The notes: generated by a model from the letters alone, not told the origin. Positions 39,464-51,809 are shown, numbered from the stretch's first letter. The stretch: 64,000 nt of DNA from Mobula hypostoma (GCF_963921235.1 NC_086097.1:21330001-21394000); one strand, 5' to 3'. Numbers and translations are program-made.

Positions 39464-40139
39464 TGACTTTTAGCTGGACTTTAATATGGCTGAGAAAGCC
39501 ACTCAGTTATCATCAGAATCATCTCAAAGCTAATAAAAGAACGAGCAATAAATTCTGCCCCTGCCTCTAATGCCTGCATCCCATTGAGAGAATGAAAAAA
39601 TATCACAGGTCTCAACTGTTAATTGTAGCTCTCATTTCTGATGTGCCTCATCATCACTGAAGTGATTTGTGTGAGTTAAATGTTCTCGTGATGGAGCATT
39701 CCCTGGGTGTAGTGTGGGTGTAGTTATTTTTGGAGGTGCTTGATGGTCACATGATTATGGCGTAATCACTCGAGCGGTCTGACAGCTCGTTGCATAGTTG
39801 CATTTGTCTACTTGGGTGGCACGTTCTCATCTGAGCTTTCAATGCACAAACTTTGATTTTTTTCACAAGCCATCAGTTCGGTTGGTAATGTGACACAGTC
39901 ATTGAAGAAAATGCCAGACCTGCTGAGTGATTGCGCTCCTATTATTATCGATACATGCCAGGCAAAAATGAAATGATTGCAACCTGCTGGTGTAAGATCT
40001 TGGCCACTGTATTTACGAACCACAGGCCCAATATATCTTGTTGGGGCCACTGTCCTTGATGACAGTGGTGAGTCGGTTAGGAGAATGGCATCATGGAACA
40101 GGGCCAAGGGGCTGAGTGGCCTCTTTTAGTCAGTCCATG

Positions 40140-40600
40140 TTAGAGTCATAGATTAACACAGCATAGATACAGGCCCTTCAACCCAACTCGTTCATGTTAA
40201 ACAGGAGGCACATCTGAGCTCTTCCATTTGTCTGGGTTTGCCCATTTCCCTCTAACCCTTTCCTCTCCATGTACCTGGCCAAAATCTTTCTCTATACCTG
40301 TCTCCACCACCTCCTTGGGCAGCTCATTCCACTATCCACCATCCTCTGCCCCTCAGGTCCCTTAAACCTATGCTGTCTACTTTCAGACTCCCTTTCCCTG
40401 GGAAAAAGACAGTGTGCGTTCACCCTAACTATGCCTCTCATGATATTCTATATCTCTATGAAGGCATCTCTCAGTCTCCTCTTCTCCAAAGAATGAAGCC
40501 CTAGTCTGTCCAATCTCCCTATATAACTTGGGCCCTTTAGTCCTGCCAAAATTCTCATAAATGTTCGCACTCTTTCCAGCTTTAATGGTGTCCTTCCAGC
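40140..40600 (-). mobile_element. Degenerate CR1 3' fragment
   Basis: LERV...RLDRLGLHSLEKRRLRDAFIEI. Confidence 0.8.
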
Positions 40601-40604
40601 CATT

Positions 40605-41006
40605 ACCACATATAAAGACGAGAACAGATTTCCATCTATTAAGGACATTAGTGAACCAGGTTGGATTTTACAACAATCCAGTACTTGGTCACCATTATCG
40701 AGACTAGGCCAACGCTTCTGCGCATTGCCGAGGGAGTGCTGCACTGTCAGGGTTACATCTTTTAGATTAAGTGCTAAACCCTGTTTGTTCTTTCCATTGG
40801 ATATAAATGTATCATTTTGATTAGTGAGGGAGTTAGCTCTGGTGCGCCAGCCAATGTTCATCCCCCACTTAATATTTCAACAAATCAACTGGTCATTGCT
40901 ATTTGTGGCAGCTTGATGTGGTCATATGGGTCCCCACCATTCTTGTTTGGCCATTTGGAATCAGAACTTGTTTTCCAAGAAAACAGAGGGTAGTGGTCGA
41001 TGAGAC
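40605..41006 (-). repeat. Right arm of local inverted duplication
   Basis: Uninterrupted counterpart of 38179-39463. Reads CAGAAGCGTTGG across the Rex1 site. Confidence 0.9.
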
Positions 41007-41025
41007 TAAATCATTAAATCATTTT

Positions 41026-41495
41026 CAGATGCTGGAAATCCAGAGCAACACACGCAAAATGAATTCAGCAGTTCAGGCAGCATCTGTGGAGAGCAATAAA
41101 CAATCAATGTTTCGCCATTCAATTTTTATCACCTCCCACTCCAGAGGAGATTAATGACCTAAATCAATAAACTACACTACAATAATGTGTCTGCACACTT
41201 GAAGATTAATCACCCAACTGTCGTGGATATCTTCAGTGAAGTGTATAAGAGGGTGGAAAGCATCTGTAAAATGGAGATCATTCGCTAAGCTAGTCCTGCC
41301 AAAGTTCACCAACTCCATCAATCATGATCCAAGATACTATCTTGAAATATGTGGTGCAGTCCTGAAGAAACATTTTGGCCTAAAACATTGACTGTTTATT
41401 CATTTCCATAGATGCTGCCTGACCTGCTGAGTTTCTCCTGCATTTTGTGTGTGTTGCTGTGGATTTCCAGCATCTGCAGAATTCCTTGTGTTTTT
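41026..41495. mobile_element. PLE-terminus inverted arms enclosing ~240 bp unrelated filler
   Basis: Left arm ~41026-41116 is antisense. Right arm 41358-41495 starts AGTCCTGAAGA (decayed hammerhead). Confidence 0.8.
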
Positions 41496-41515
41496 GGTGC
41501 TCATCATATCCTGGA

Positions 41516-41840
41516 CGTGTCCATATGGGCATGTGGCCAAGTGGTTAAGGCGTTCGACTAACGACCTGAAGGTTGTGAGCTTGAGCCCCAGCCGAGGCTG
41601 TATGTTGTGTGCTTGAGCAAGGCACTTAATCACACAGTGCTCTGCGACGACACTGGTGCCAAGCTGTATGGGTCCTAATGCCCTTCCCTTGGACAACATT
41701 GGTGTGGTGGAGAGGGGAGACTTGCGGCATGGGCAACTGCCAGTCTTCCTTACAACCTTGCCCAGGCCTGCGCCCTGGAGAGTGAAGACTTTCCAGGTGC
41801 AGATCCATGGTCTTGCAAGGCTAACGGATGCCTTAATTAA
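41516..41840 (+). mobile_element. tRNA-derived SINE
   Basis: A-box TGGCCAAGTGG, decayed B-box, CTTGAGCAAGGCACTTAA central motif, perfect 13-bp TSD ATCATATCCTGGA (41503-41515, 41841-41853). Confidence 0.92.
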
Positions 41841-42094
41841 ATCATATCCTGGAACCTACCTTTCACTGAGGGCAGACTTCGAAGGCTATGCTGGATTTCA
41901 CCATTAGTGCACTACTAAGATGACCTGAGGAAGAAAGTATTTGAAGACTGAGACCTCAACCGTGGGACCAAGCTCAAAGTTGAATGAGCAACAGTGATCT
42001 CTACTCTCCACTGTGGGTCAGAGATAACTTGTAGTAGGGACCTCACAATGCCAATGTTATCTCTGAAAACCTCCCCAAATCTATTGGAAGTCTG

Positions 42095-42348
42095 AACCGA
42101 TTCCACAACCTATGGATTCACTTTCACGGACTCTACAACTCATGTTCTCAATTATTTATTTACTATTTATTTATCTTTTTTTTTGTATTTGCACAGTTTG
42201 TCTTCTCTTGCACATTGGTTGTTTGTCATTCTTTGTGTGTAGATTTTCATTGACTCTATTGTATTTTTACTGCTCACAAGAAAATGGATCTCAGGGTTGT
42301 ACAGGATGACATATATGCACTTTAATCATAAACTTACTTTGAACTTTA
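42095..42348 (+). mobile_element. Rex-type 3'UTR fragment
   Basis: GGACTCTACAACTCATGTTCTC...TTTGAACTTT, as at 7400-7665. Confidence 0.75.
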
Positions 42349-42599
42349 GACAGATGAAGCAATGTCAGTGGCCTCTCTCAGGCCAATATCCACAGCGTCA
42401 AGGCAAGTGTTCTGGTTTTAGATGGCACTGGTGAAGCAGAGTGATGACTTGCTGGTAGCAAACAAAGTAAATAAAATGATAAATTACTGTACTAATCAGA
42501 CTTTATCTGGGAGACCATCACTGAAATCAGTCGCCTGCAACTTCTCTTTCGGAGTTGAGCTTTTGAACTGCCTGTCTGACCTGACACTTTTGTGGGAAA

Positions 42600-43242
42600 T
42601 GAGCCAATGTTTGGACATTGCTGGAGCAGACTTCGAGGCGATTCGATGTGGCAGCAGTGAGGTGAGGCAAGACACAGATGCGGCGGCAGGGCCCAGGCCT
42701 GGGCGTGAGAGTGAGAAGCGACCCACTGTTTTGTTGATTTAAGTGCCGGGCCAGATTGGAAAGGTTGGGCACGGGCCAAATTGAGGCAGCGGACCCCAGG
42801 CCTGAGAGCCTATCGAAGCGGCAGGGCCTGGGGTCTGAGAGCAAGGAAAGATCCAACGCTTGGGCAATTTAGGGGCTGGGCCAGATTGAAAAGTTCAGGG
42901 TGACTGGACCTGAGGAGATGGGTGGGCTGATGTCAGCTCACTGCTTCATGAGGTTTGCTTATCCCTGCACTGAACTGAGGCCATAGCCTGCAACTAATGG
43001 GCTCCTGGACCAGCTGCAGTGATGACTGGTTTTGTGGCAATGGACTCACTTTCCTGAGCTTCAGTTCTGAATGTTATTTGCTTACTTTTATTATATGCAC
43101 AATTTGTTTTTGTTCCTGCATATTGGCGTTTCTTCTTTTTTAATGGGTTCTTCTTTGTTTTGTGGCTGCCTGTAAGGAGATGAATCTTTATGTTTGTATA
43201 TAGTGTACATACTTTGATAATAAATATACCTTGAACTTTGAA
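42600..43242 (+). mobile_element. GC-rich non-autonomous element with Rex-type tail
   Basis: Internal repeat GGGCCAGATTG with ~130-bp spacing. Ends GATAATAAATATACCTTGAACTTTGA. Confidence 0.65.
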
Positions 43243-43485
43243 ATGTTACACCCAATTGCTTTTGCTGGGTGCCTTTCCAGGAGGAAGCACAGAAGAAGCA
43301 AGCTGCTGTCTTTCTCTTCCTTGGCCTAACAGGAGGCCTGAAATCTTTCCCAGAGAGATATGATTGGAGTCTTCTTCCATCCATGTCCTTGTCAATTGTC
43401 AGCCTTCCTTGATATGAATCATCTGCTGCTCAATCCACAACATTTTAGTTTGACAGTGATCTGCCCTCTCTAAAGCAAAATGACC

Positions 43486-43718
43486 GGGCGCTACCTTATT
43501 GGTTACCATAACACTATTCCAGCACCAGTGACCTGGGTTAAATTCCTGCCGCTGTCTGTTAGGAGTTTGTATGTTCTCCAGATGACTGCTTGGGTTTCCT
43601 CAGGGTGCTCTAGTTTCCTCCCAAATTCCAATGACATATAGATGAGTAGGTTAATTGGTCACATTGGTGTAGTTGTTCTGGAAGGTTCTGTTCCTATGCT
43701 GTATCTCTAAATAAAATA
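43486..43718 (+). mobile_element. HE1/V-SINE-like element
   Basis: tRNA-like head, V-domain-like GGGTTTCCTCAGGGTGCTCTAGTTTCCTCCCA and CR1-like tail. Confidence 0.8.
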
Positions 43719-43974
43719 ACTGAAGATAAGTTGTGTCACCTGTGTGGATCGTAAGAACCTCGGCGAGTTGCTCAGTGTAGAAACTAGTGCCAGTCCAGTC
43801 ACGCCAGAACCACACTGTGTCATTCTGATCTCGGTGATTTAACTGCATAATGCACAATGATGTTATGTTTTGGAAAGCATGTGCATAGAGTGGGAGTGGC
43901 AATTGGCCGCTGGAACAATGGTCAAGATAGGCATATGGTGACATCCCAGTGGGTATAAACTACAAACAGCAACA

Positions 43975-44560
43975 CACTTCAGTTATACAGCTTCCTTAAT
44001 GTGTCAAAATGTCTGTAAGCTCTTTGAAAATGGTATTGTAGGAAAATTGATACTCAGCTTCATAAAGAGCGTGGGGGGCAGATGACCAAATGTCATGACC
44101 AAGGAAGGAGGTAGGTTTTGCAGTCTATCTCAAAGGAGTAAGGAGTCGTGGAGAGACAGAAAGGCTCAGAGAAGGAATACCAGAGTATACAGCATTGGCA
44201 GCTGACGGCATGGCGGCCGATAACGGCATGATTACATTTGGGGATGTGTAAGAGTTGGTGGAAGCAGAGGTCTTAGAAGGCTGGAAGAGGTTAGTGGTGT
44301 GGAGGCTGAGGTCTTTGAGATCTGATGACGACTTTAGAATCAAGATGTAGCTTCAATATGGACCTAGTGTAGGAGTGGTGGATGAACAGAACGGTGCTCG
44401 TTTTGTCATGGGCTGCAGAATTTTGTATGGCTAAGTCATTAGGCAGTAGAACAAGGGAGAAAACCTGGTTAAGACTGTGGTGAAGAAAGGCGTGGATAAG
44501 TGTTTCAGTGGGAGATGAACTGTGGCAGAGATAGATTAGCTTTGTAGTAATCATATTGGA
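43975..44560 (-). mobile_element. Ancient L2-type LINE 3' end
   Basis: TETLIHAF...IQNSAA in ORF 44291..44566. Confidence 0.65.
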
Positions 44561-44859
44561 TATCAATAAGTCTGTGTCAGGATTTAAGTTCCATGTGGAC
44601 CGCCCCCATCTATTTTAATCTATTTCAGGCAAGACTTCCATTTAAAGCTTTCTCATACTTCTGTTTATCAAAGCTTTCATCAAAGAATACTGTACAAGAC
44701 CTTTAGCCCATAATGTTTTGTCGACCTTTTAATCTATTCCAAACTCAATCTAACAATCAATCTGATCTTTTCCTTCAATGTTTCAAAGCATCTTCCCTCA
44801 ACTGCTTCCCATGGCATTGAGTTTCACATTCTAACCACTTAGTGCATCATTCAGTTTGG

Positions 44860-45160
44860 GGTCATGGGGGACTACAGTGCAGAAAAAAGCCCTTAGGCCC
44901 AACTAGTCCATGCTGAAATGTATTCCTTAGGTCCACGTACTTATCCAAACTTCTCTTAAATGTTGCAGTCGGACTCACAACCACCACTTCCTCTAGCAGC
45001 TCGTTCCACACTCGCACCGTGCTCTGAATGAGGAGGTCCCCACTCATCTTCCCTTTAAATATTTCCCCTTTCCCCCTTAACCTATGATTTCTGTTTCTGG
45101 TTCCACCCAATCTCAGTGGAAAAAGCTTGCATTTACCCTATTCATCCCCCTCTTAATTTT
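44860..45160 (-). mobile_element. CR1 3' fragment
   Basis: TRNRNHRLRGKGEIFKG...VRVWNEL...FKRSLDKY. Confidence 0.85.
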
Positions 45161-45349
45161 CTCAATCTCTTCCTGGAATTTTGCATGGCTTTAATTTATT
45201 CACACTTTAGGACATGCTCATGACATCTACTCTGTAGATGTCCTTTTCATAACTAGAGACCTTTTCATAACCAAGTTTGTTACTCTTCTACAAGGTGTAC
45301 TACAGTTCCATGTGAAATCAGTTAAAATGCTGCTCATGTATATTAACAA

Positions 45350-46258
45350 ATAGTCATAGTCATAGTAGTCATAGTCATACTTTATTGATCCCGAGGGAAA
45401 TTGTTTTTTGTTACAGTTGCACCATAAATAATAAATAGTAATAGAACCATAAATAGTTAAATAGTAATATGTAAATTACGCCAGTAAATTATGAAATAAG
45501 TCCAGGACCAGCCTATCAACTCAGGGTGTCTGACCCTCTAAGGGAGGAGTTGTAAAGTTTGATGGTCACAGGCAGGAATGACTTCCTATGACGCTCTGCG
45601 CTATTTTCTATGTTTCTATGTGCTGCATCTCGGGGGAATGAGTCTCTGGCTGAATGTACTCCTGTGCCCACCCAGTATATTATGTAGTGGATGGGAGACA
45701 TTGACCAAGATGGTATGCAACTTGGACAGCATCCTCTTTTCAGACACCACCGTCAGAGAGTCCAGTTCCATCCTCACAACATCACTGGCCTTACAAATGA
45801 GTTTGTTGATTCTGTTGGTGTCTGCTACCCTCAGCCTGCTGCCCCAGCACACAACAGCAAACATGATAGCACTGGCCACCACAGACTCATAGAACATCCT
45901 CAGCATCATCCAGCAGATGTTAAAGGACCTCAGTCTCCTCAGGAAATAGAGACGGCTCTGACCCTTCTTGTAGACAGCCTCAGTGTTCTTTGACCAGTCC
46001 AGTTTATTGTCAATTTGTATCCCCAGGTATTTGTAATCCTCCACGATGTCCACACTGACCACCTGGATGGAAGCAGGGGTCACCGGTACCTTAGCTCTCC
46101 TCAGGTCTACCACCAGCTCCTTAGTCTTTTTCACATTAAGTTGCAGATAATTCAGCTTACACCATGTGACAAAGTTTCCTACTGTAGCCCTGTACTCAGC
46201 CTCATCTCCCTTGCTGATGCATCCAACTATGGCAGAGTCATCCGAAAACTTCTGAAGA
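45350..46258 (-). mobile_element. Young Rex1/Babar-type LINE 3' fragment (same subfamily as 38471-39348)
   Basis: ORF 45616..46134 is nearly identical to 38513..39223. (ATGACT)n tail. Confidence 0.94.
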
Positions 46259-46862
46259 CTTCTGAAGAAAAAATAGTGTCAGTACCACCCACAGAAATCC
46301 TTCCATGCCTTGAGTCATTTTCTTTTAAATACTTTATTGTACACTGATCATGAAATTCTAGAGGATTGCTTTCACATCACCGCCATTGATAAACAGGTAC
46401 CAATCAATGATGATTGCCCTTTGGTTAATACAAGTCAGCATATCTACTGCCAATATGAAACCACAGTGCAAACTGCTGTATGTTATCTATTGAACTGCAA
46501 TGTACATCAATCAAAAGGCCTCTCCGTAGAGACTGAATCTTGTAGTGCAGTAACCTAATCCTGAGTTTCAGCATCACTGGCTCATGATTTATAATGGACA
46601 AAAAAAAATCTTGAATGCCTGTAACTCACTCTCAGGTACTTATCATTCTACACTGAATCTATCTGAAGCCCATAAATAAGAACCTAGCCTGTTACTTGCT
46701 TCCAGCCTCCCATTATTGTACAAAAAAACATAGTTAACCAACACAGAAATTGGCTCTTTGGCCCATCTCATCCACTCCCATAAAAATGTCTATCTGAGCT
46801 AGTTCTATTTGTCTGCATTTGCCTATAACCCTTTCTATCCATTTACTTTCTACCCACGTACT

Positions 46863-47218
46863 CACCATCGTCATCACGTGACGATCATGGTCTTGCACCA
46901 TGTTTGTTCTTGGCAAATTCTTCTACAGAAATGGTTTGCTTTTGCCTTCTTCTGGTCAGTGTCTTTACAAGATGGGTGACCCCAGTCATTGTCAACACTC
47001 TTCAGAGATTGTCTGCCTGGCTTCAGTGGGCACATAACCAGGACTTATGATATGCACCAGCTGCTCATACGACCATCCACCACCTGCTCCCATGGCTTCA
47101 CATGACCCTGATCAGGGGGCTAAGCAGGTGCTACACCTTTCCCAAGGGTGACCTACAGGTTAGTGGAGGGAAGGACCACCTTACACTTACTTTGGTAGAG
47201 ATGTATCTCCACCCCACC
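46863..47218 (-). mobile_element. Short non-autonomous retroposon with RTE-type tail, inserted in a CR1 tail
   Basis: TSD ACCCACGTACT (46852-46862) / ACCCATGTACT (47219-47229). Minus strand GAAGAAGGCAAAAGCAAACCA resembles RTE-mobilised SINE tails. Confidence 0.8.
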
Positions 47219-48284
47219 ACCCATGTACTATCTGATCTTATTGAATAACTCCCAGCCTGTAATTTCCCCTCAGCTTTCCACTTCCAGACTTAAAATATCA
47301 ATGTTGCCTGTAACTCACTTCTCGGTACTTACTATTCACAAATAATCTGCACCACTTGTGTGGATCACAGTGTGTAATTCACTCTCTGACTTGTTAGTCC
47401 ATTTATAAACTATCTGGTCTTTAATTGGAGCCTAGATGCTAATTCATTCCCAAGTACTCTTTATTCCATTCAGATACAATTACTATGTTTAAAAGACATT
47501 TAGACCAACATTTAAATAGTCAAAGCTTAGAAGGATATGGTCTTAATTAGACAAATGGGATTATTGTTGATAGGCAAAAAGTTCAGTCTTGATGTGGTGG
47601 ACTGAAGGAGCTATTTTTGTGCTGTACGACTGAATTTCATTTTATACGTCATCTGAACATCTCAGAAATTCCAGGAGGAGAGTGAAAGGTCACCAGACTG
47701 GAGGGACTAAATGGCCTAGTCCCGTTTCTGATTAACGTGTCACTTAGTGTTCTACATGTGGACCATTTATTTAGATTCAAGACTGGAAAGTGCTTTTGGG
47801 TATCCATTGGAACTCCTTGATTATCCATTGCTTGATGCCTGTTGGTTTGTAGAGGGTTTAATCATGGGAGTGTCCCTCAATCCCCCTCTAGTTTCTAATT
47901 TCTGTAAGTCGTCGCCGTCGTCCAATACTCAAATAGTTTTTCTGCCGTTCCCTCAATGCGACTATGTGTCAGCATACTTCTCAGTGTTGTTGGATGATGG
48001 CGATGAGCTACTCTAGTGTCACCGGCCTAATGGCAACGTCTTCTTCTAAACCAAAATAGAAACCCCAGCAGCAAAGTTTTTTTTAAGTAATTGGAGGGCA
48101 GAGGACATTCACAGGATTTAGATTCAAAATGATTTGTCTGTCATTTTGCTCCATAATTCTCATCTTGTAAAGTCTCACTGCATCAATCTACCCTTTTATA
48201 GTTCTGTTAGCAATAAAAAACCCCTTTTACCTTAACACTGAGGTTTACAAAATGAAAGGCTTAGAATGGGGGGGGTGAAGAGGG

Positions 48285-48680
48285 TTGTATTTTCTACGTT
48301 CCTTTCTAATAATTTCCAAGCTTTCTACAGTGAGTAGAGTGCAGTTACTGTTGTAACGTAGACAATGCAACAGACAAGTTGCACCTAGCAATTTGTAATT
48401 TTAAAATGACCATATCATCTCTTTTTTCAGAACTTTCATTAAGAGATAAATACTGGGAAATATTCTCTGCTCTCCATTGAAACCCTGCTCAGGGATACTT
48501 TATCTTCACCTGAATCTCAGAAGACCATCTAATCTAAAAGTCAATGCAGTCTAAAAGTATTGCAGTCTCTTTCTGTCACAGGAATGATGTGCCTAGGTTG
48601 AGCTCAAATTTCTGGGGGGGAATTTAAACTCATAACTTTCTGACTTTGCCGCAGGTGTTGGTTACTGAGCCACAGGCGAT
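48285..48680 (-). mobile_element. Ancient DeuSINE-like element
   Basis: GCAGTTACTGTTGTAACGTAG...GATAAATACTGG...TCTCTGCTCT...AACTTTCTGACT...ACTGAGCCAC resembles antisense Deu-domain SINEs (recall). Confidence 0.6.
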
Positions 48681-48781
48681 GTGGATTTATCAGTAACTAT
48701 CATCCCTGGCTCTGGGGACAATCAAAACATGTTTTCCTAAGCTCCCAGATCAAACTCTTTTCATTATCTTAAAGAGCCTTT

Positions 48782-49900
48782 ATGCAGACAAGTGTGTGGT
48801 GTTGCACTTTGGGAGGGCAAACCAGGGTAGGGTTTACGCACTGAATGATAAGGCACTGCAGAGTGCAGTAGAATGGAGGGATCTGGGAATATGGATCCAT
48901 AATTCCATGAAAATGGCATTACAGGTAGTAAAGAGAGCCTTTGGCACATTGGCCTTTATAAATCTAAGTACTGAGTACAGGAGGTGGGATGTTATGTTGA
49001 AGTTGTATAAGACGTTGATGAGGCCTAATTTGGAGTATTGTGTACATTTCTGGTCACCAACCTGCAGGAAAGGTATCAATAAGATTGAAAGAGCGCAGAT
49101 TAATATTTACAAGGATGTTGCCAGGACTTGAAGACCTGAGTTACAGGGAAAGGTAGGAGAATGAGGGGAGATTTGATAGAAGTACACAAAATTGATGAGA
49201 GGTATAGATGAGATAAATGGAAGCAGGCTTTTTCCAATGAAGTAGGGTGACACTTGATTTATGGGTTACAGGTGCAAGGTAGAATGTTTTAGGAGAACCT
49301 AATGAGCTGGCAGTGGAATTGCTGGATGTGGGTTTGATTTCAATATTTAAGAGAAATTTGGATAGTTATAGTACTGTGCAGAAGTCCTAGGCACCCTAGA
49401 TTTGTTTACATGTTTCAGGTGGTACGGCCTTCATGGAGCCCTGATCTCAGCATCTTCGATGCTGCCTGGGATTACCTGCAGAGACAGAAGCAAGAGAGAT
49501 GGCCGAAGTTTGCAGAAGAGATGTGGCAAGTTCTGCAAAATGTTTGGAACAGCCTACCAGCTGATTTTCTTATAAAACGGCATGACAGTGTACCTAAGAG
49601 AATTAATGCAGTTTTAAAGGCAAAGGATGATCACAACAAATATTGATATGATTCAGTTTTTTAACTGTTTACTGCTCTTTATAGTTTTTCTAATACTTAG
49701 AAACCTCTTATTTCATTATTTTTCAAAGAATCTTCACTTTACAGATTTTTTAACACGTACCTAAGAGTTTTGCACAGTACTGTACATAGGTGGAAGAGGT
49801 ATGGAGGGCTCTGGTCTGAGTGCACATCGATTGGACTAGGCAGGGTAATAGTTCGGCATGGACTCAATGGGCCGAAGGGCCTGTTTCTGTGCTATGACTC
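48782..49900 (+). mobile_element. Degenerate CR1 3' fragment hosting a Tc1 derivative
   Basis: ORF 48796..49131 (VLHFGRANQG...RPNLEYCVHFWSP) and tail GGGCCGAAGGGCCTG. Confidence 0.88.
49369..49782 (+). mobile_element. Tc1-like internal-deletion derivative with both TIRs
   Basis: TA|TAGTACTGTGCAGAAGTCCTAGGCAC ... GTACCTAAGAGTTTTGCACAGTACTG|TA. Transposase C-terminus SPDLSIFDAAWD...AVLKAKDDHNKY. Confidence 0.92.
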
Positions 49901-50269
49901 AATGAGCACCTGCAGACCCGAGTACAACCCATCTTTCCTGATTCGGTGGGGGTGGGGGGGGTGTTGTTGGTCAGTATGGCGATTACAAGGTTGGGCAAGT
50001 ATCGTTTCCAGTAGTGGTGTGTTGCTAGAAGCATGGGGAAACACAGCTGAGCTGTTTCTATTCTTGTATAAAATCTGCTTGCCGTTCTTGTTAAGTATGT
50101 GGGGAGGTGTGGGGATGAGGGAAGAAGCTCTGACAAGAGTCTGAAGATTCTCTCCTCACCTTGTCTGCTCTCACTGAGAAGATAGCAATGGGTTGTCTCC
50201 TCTTGTTGCTGGTGGCTGTTGAAGGCAGCAGTACTGAAGGGGAATGGCAAAATTTATACTTGGTGACGA

Positions 50270-51070
50270 TGTTCAAAGTAAATTTTATGATTAGACTATA
50301 TATATGTCACCGCATACAACTCTGAGGTTCATTTTTCTGTGGGCATCCTCAGCAAATCTATAGGATGGTAACTATAACAGGATCAATGAAAAATCAACAA
50401 GAAGATAACAAACTGTTCAAATGCAAATATAAATATATAGCAATAAATAACATGAACATGAAATAACAAGATAAAGTGTCCTCAAAGTGAGATCATTGGT
50501 TATGGGAAAATCTCAATGGATGGGCAAGTGAATGTAGTTATCCCCTTTTGTTTAAGCCTGATGACTGATGGGTAGTAACTGTTCCTGAACATGGTGGTGT
50601 GAGCCCTAAGGCTCTTGTACCTTCTGCCTGCTGGCAGCAGCGAGAAAAGAGCATGGCCTGGGTGGTGAGGATCCTTGATGATGGATGCTGTTTTTCTACG
50701 ACAGTGTTTCATATAGATGCATTCAATAGTTGGGAGGTCTTTACCTGTGATGTACTAGGCCAAATCCACTACGTGCTGTTGGATTTTCCATTCAAAGGTA
50801 CTGGTGTTTCCATACCAGACTGTGATGCAGCCAGTCAGTACACTCTCCATACACGTCTATAGAAGTTTGTCAAAGTTTTCAATGACATGCCAAATCTCTG
50901 CCAACTCCAAAGGAAGTAGAGGTGCTGCCATGATTTCTTCACAATTGCAATTACATGCTGGGTACTCTGTAATAGTAACACCCAGGAATTTAAAATTGCT
51001 AATCCTCTCTGCCTCTGGTCCTCTGATGAAGTCTACAATCAGTAGACTTCAGGCCAAGTTGTTGTTGTTA
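50270..51070 (-). mobile_element. Degenerate Rex-type LINE 3' part
   Basis: ORF 50500..50712 SIIKDPHHPGHALFSLLPAGRRYKSL. Confidence 0.85.
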
Positions 51071-51111
51071 GGTCAAGTCCAGAGTGGTGTGTGACAAGTT
51101 ATAAGCTGATG

Positions 51112-51306
51112 CAACACCCACAAAGTGCTGGAGGAACTCAGCAGGCCAGGCAGCATCCATGGAAATGAATAAAGAGTTGACATTTTGGGCCTAAACCCTC
51201 TCATTATTCCTCTCCGTAGATGCTGCCTGACCTGCTGAGCTCCCTCAGCATTTTGTGTGTGTTGCTTTGGATTTCCAGCATCTGCAGAAACTCTTGTGTT
51301 TACATA
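51112..51306. mobile_element. PLE-terminus fold-back element
   Basis: Inverted arms and 9-bp TSD AAGCTGATG (51103-51111, 51307-51315). Confidence 0.85.
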
Positions 51307-51809
51307 AAGCTGATGGCTTTCTAAGACATCAATGCTTCTGTTCTTTTCAGTGGCAAAGGTTGTCAAGCTGGCATAGACTGCTGCAGGAAGTTTGGTGAGC
51401 TGCTAGATGGAGCACCCTGCAGACTAGTGTTACAGACAACAGCTGAGAGAGTGCTGATGGTGATCACAGCGTGATATTGAGTCTGCAATGGCAGTGTTTC
51501 TTTAGGCTGTCTTCTTTGGACATGATTGTCTCAGCACAGCTACAGAGTGCTCCCAACGTTACCCTGGAGCCTCCCTGAAAATTAATGGTTGAACTCCATG
51601 GCAATGATGTGAATAAACACGGTAGGGGTCCTGGAACAGCGATGTATTTGTGTTCCTCTATTTATTATTCCTGAACATATCAAAGAATGGGAACTAAGTG
51701 TGACAGACTAACAGACCCAACCTAGCAACAGAAAGCTTGCTTGCTTTCCAGTTATCTCTTGAAGATATAGCACTGTGCATGCTAGATTCTTTTATTGTAT
51801 AGTTTCACA

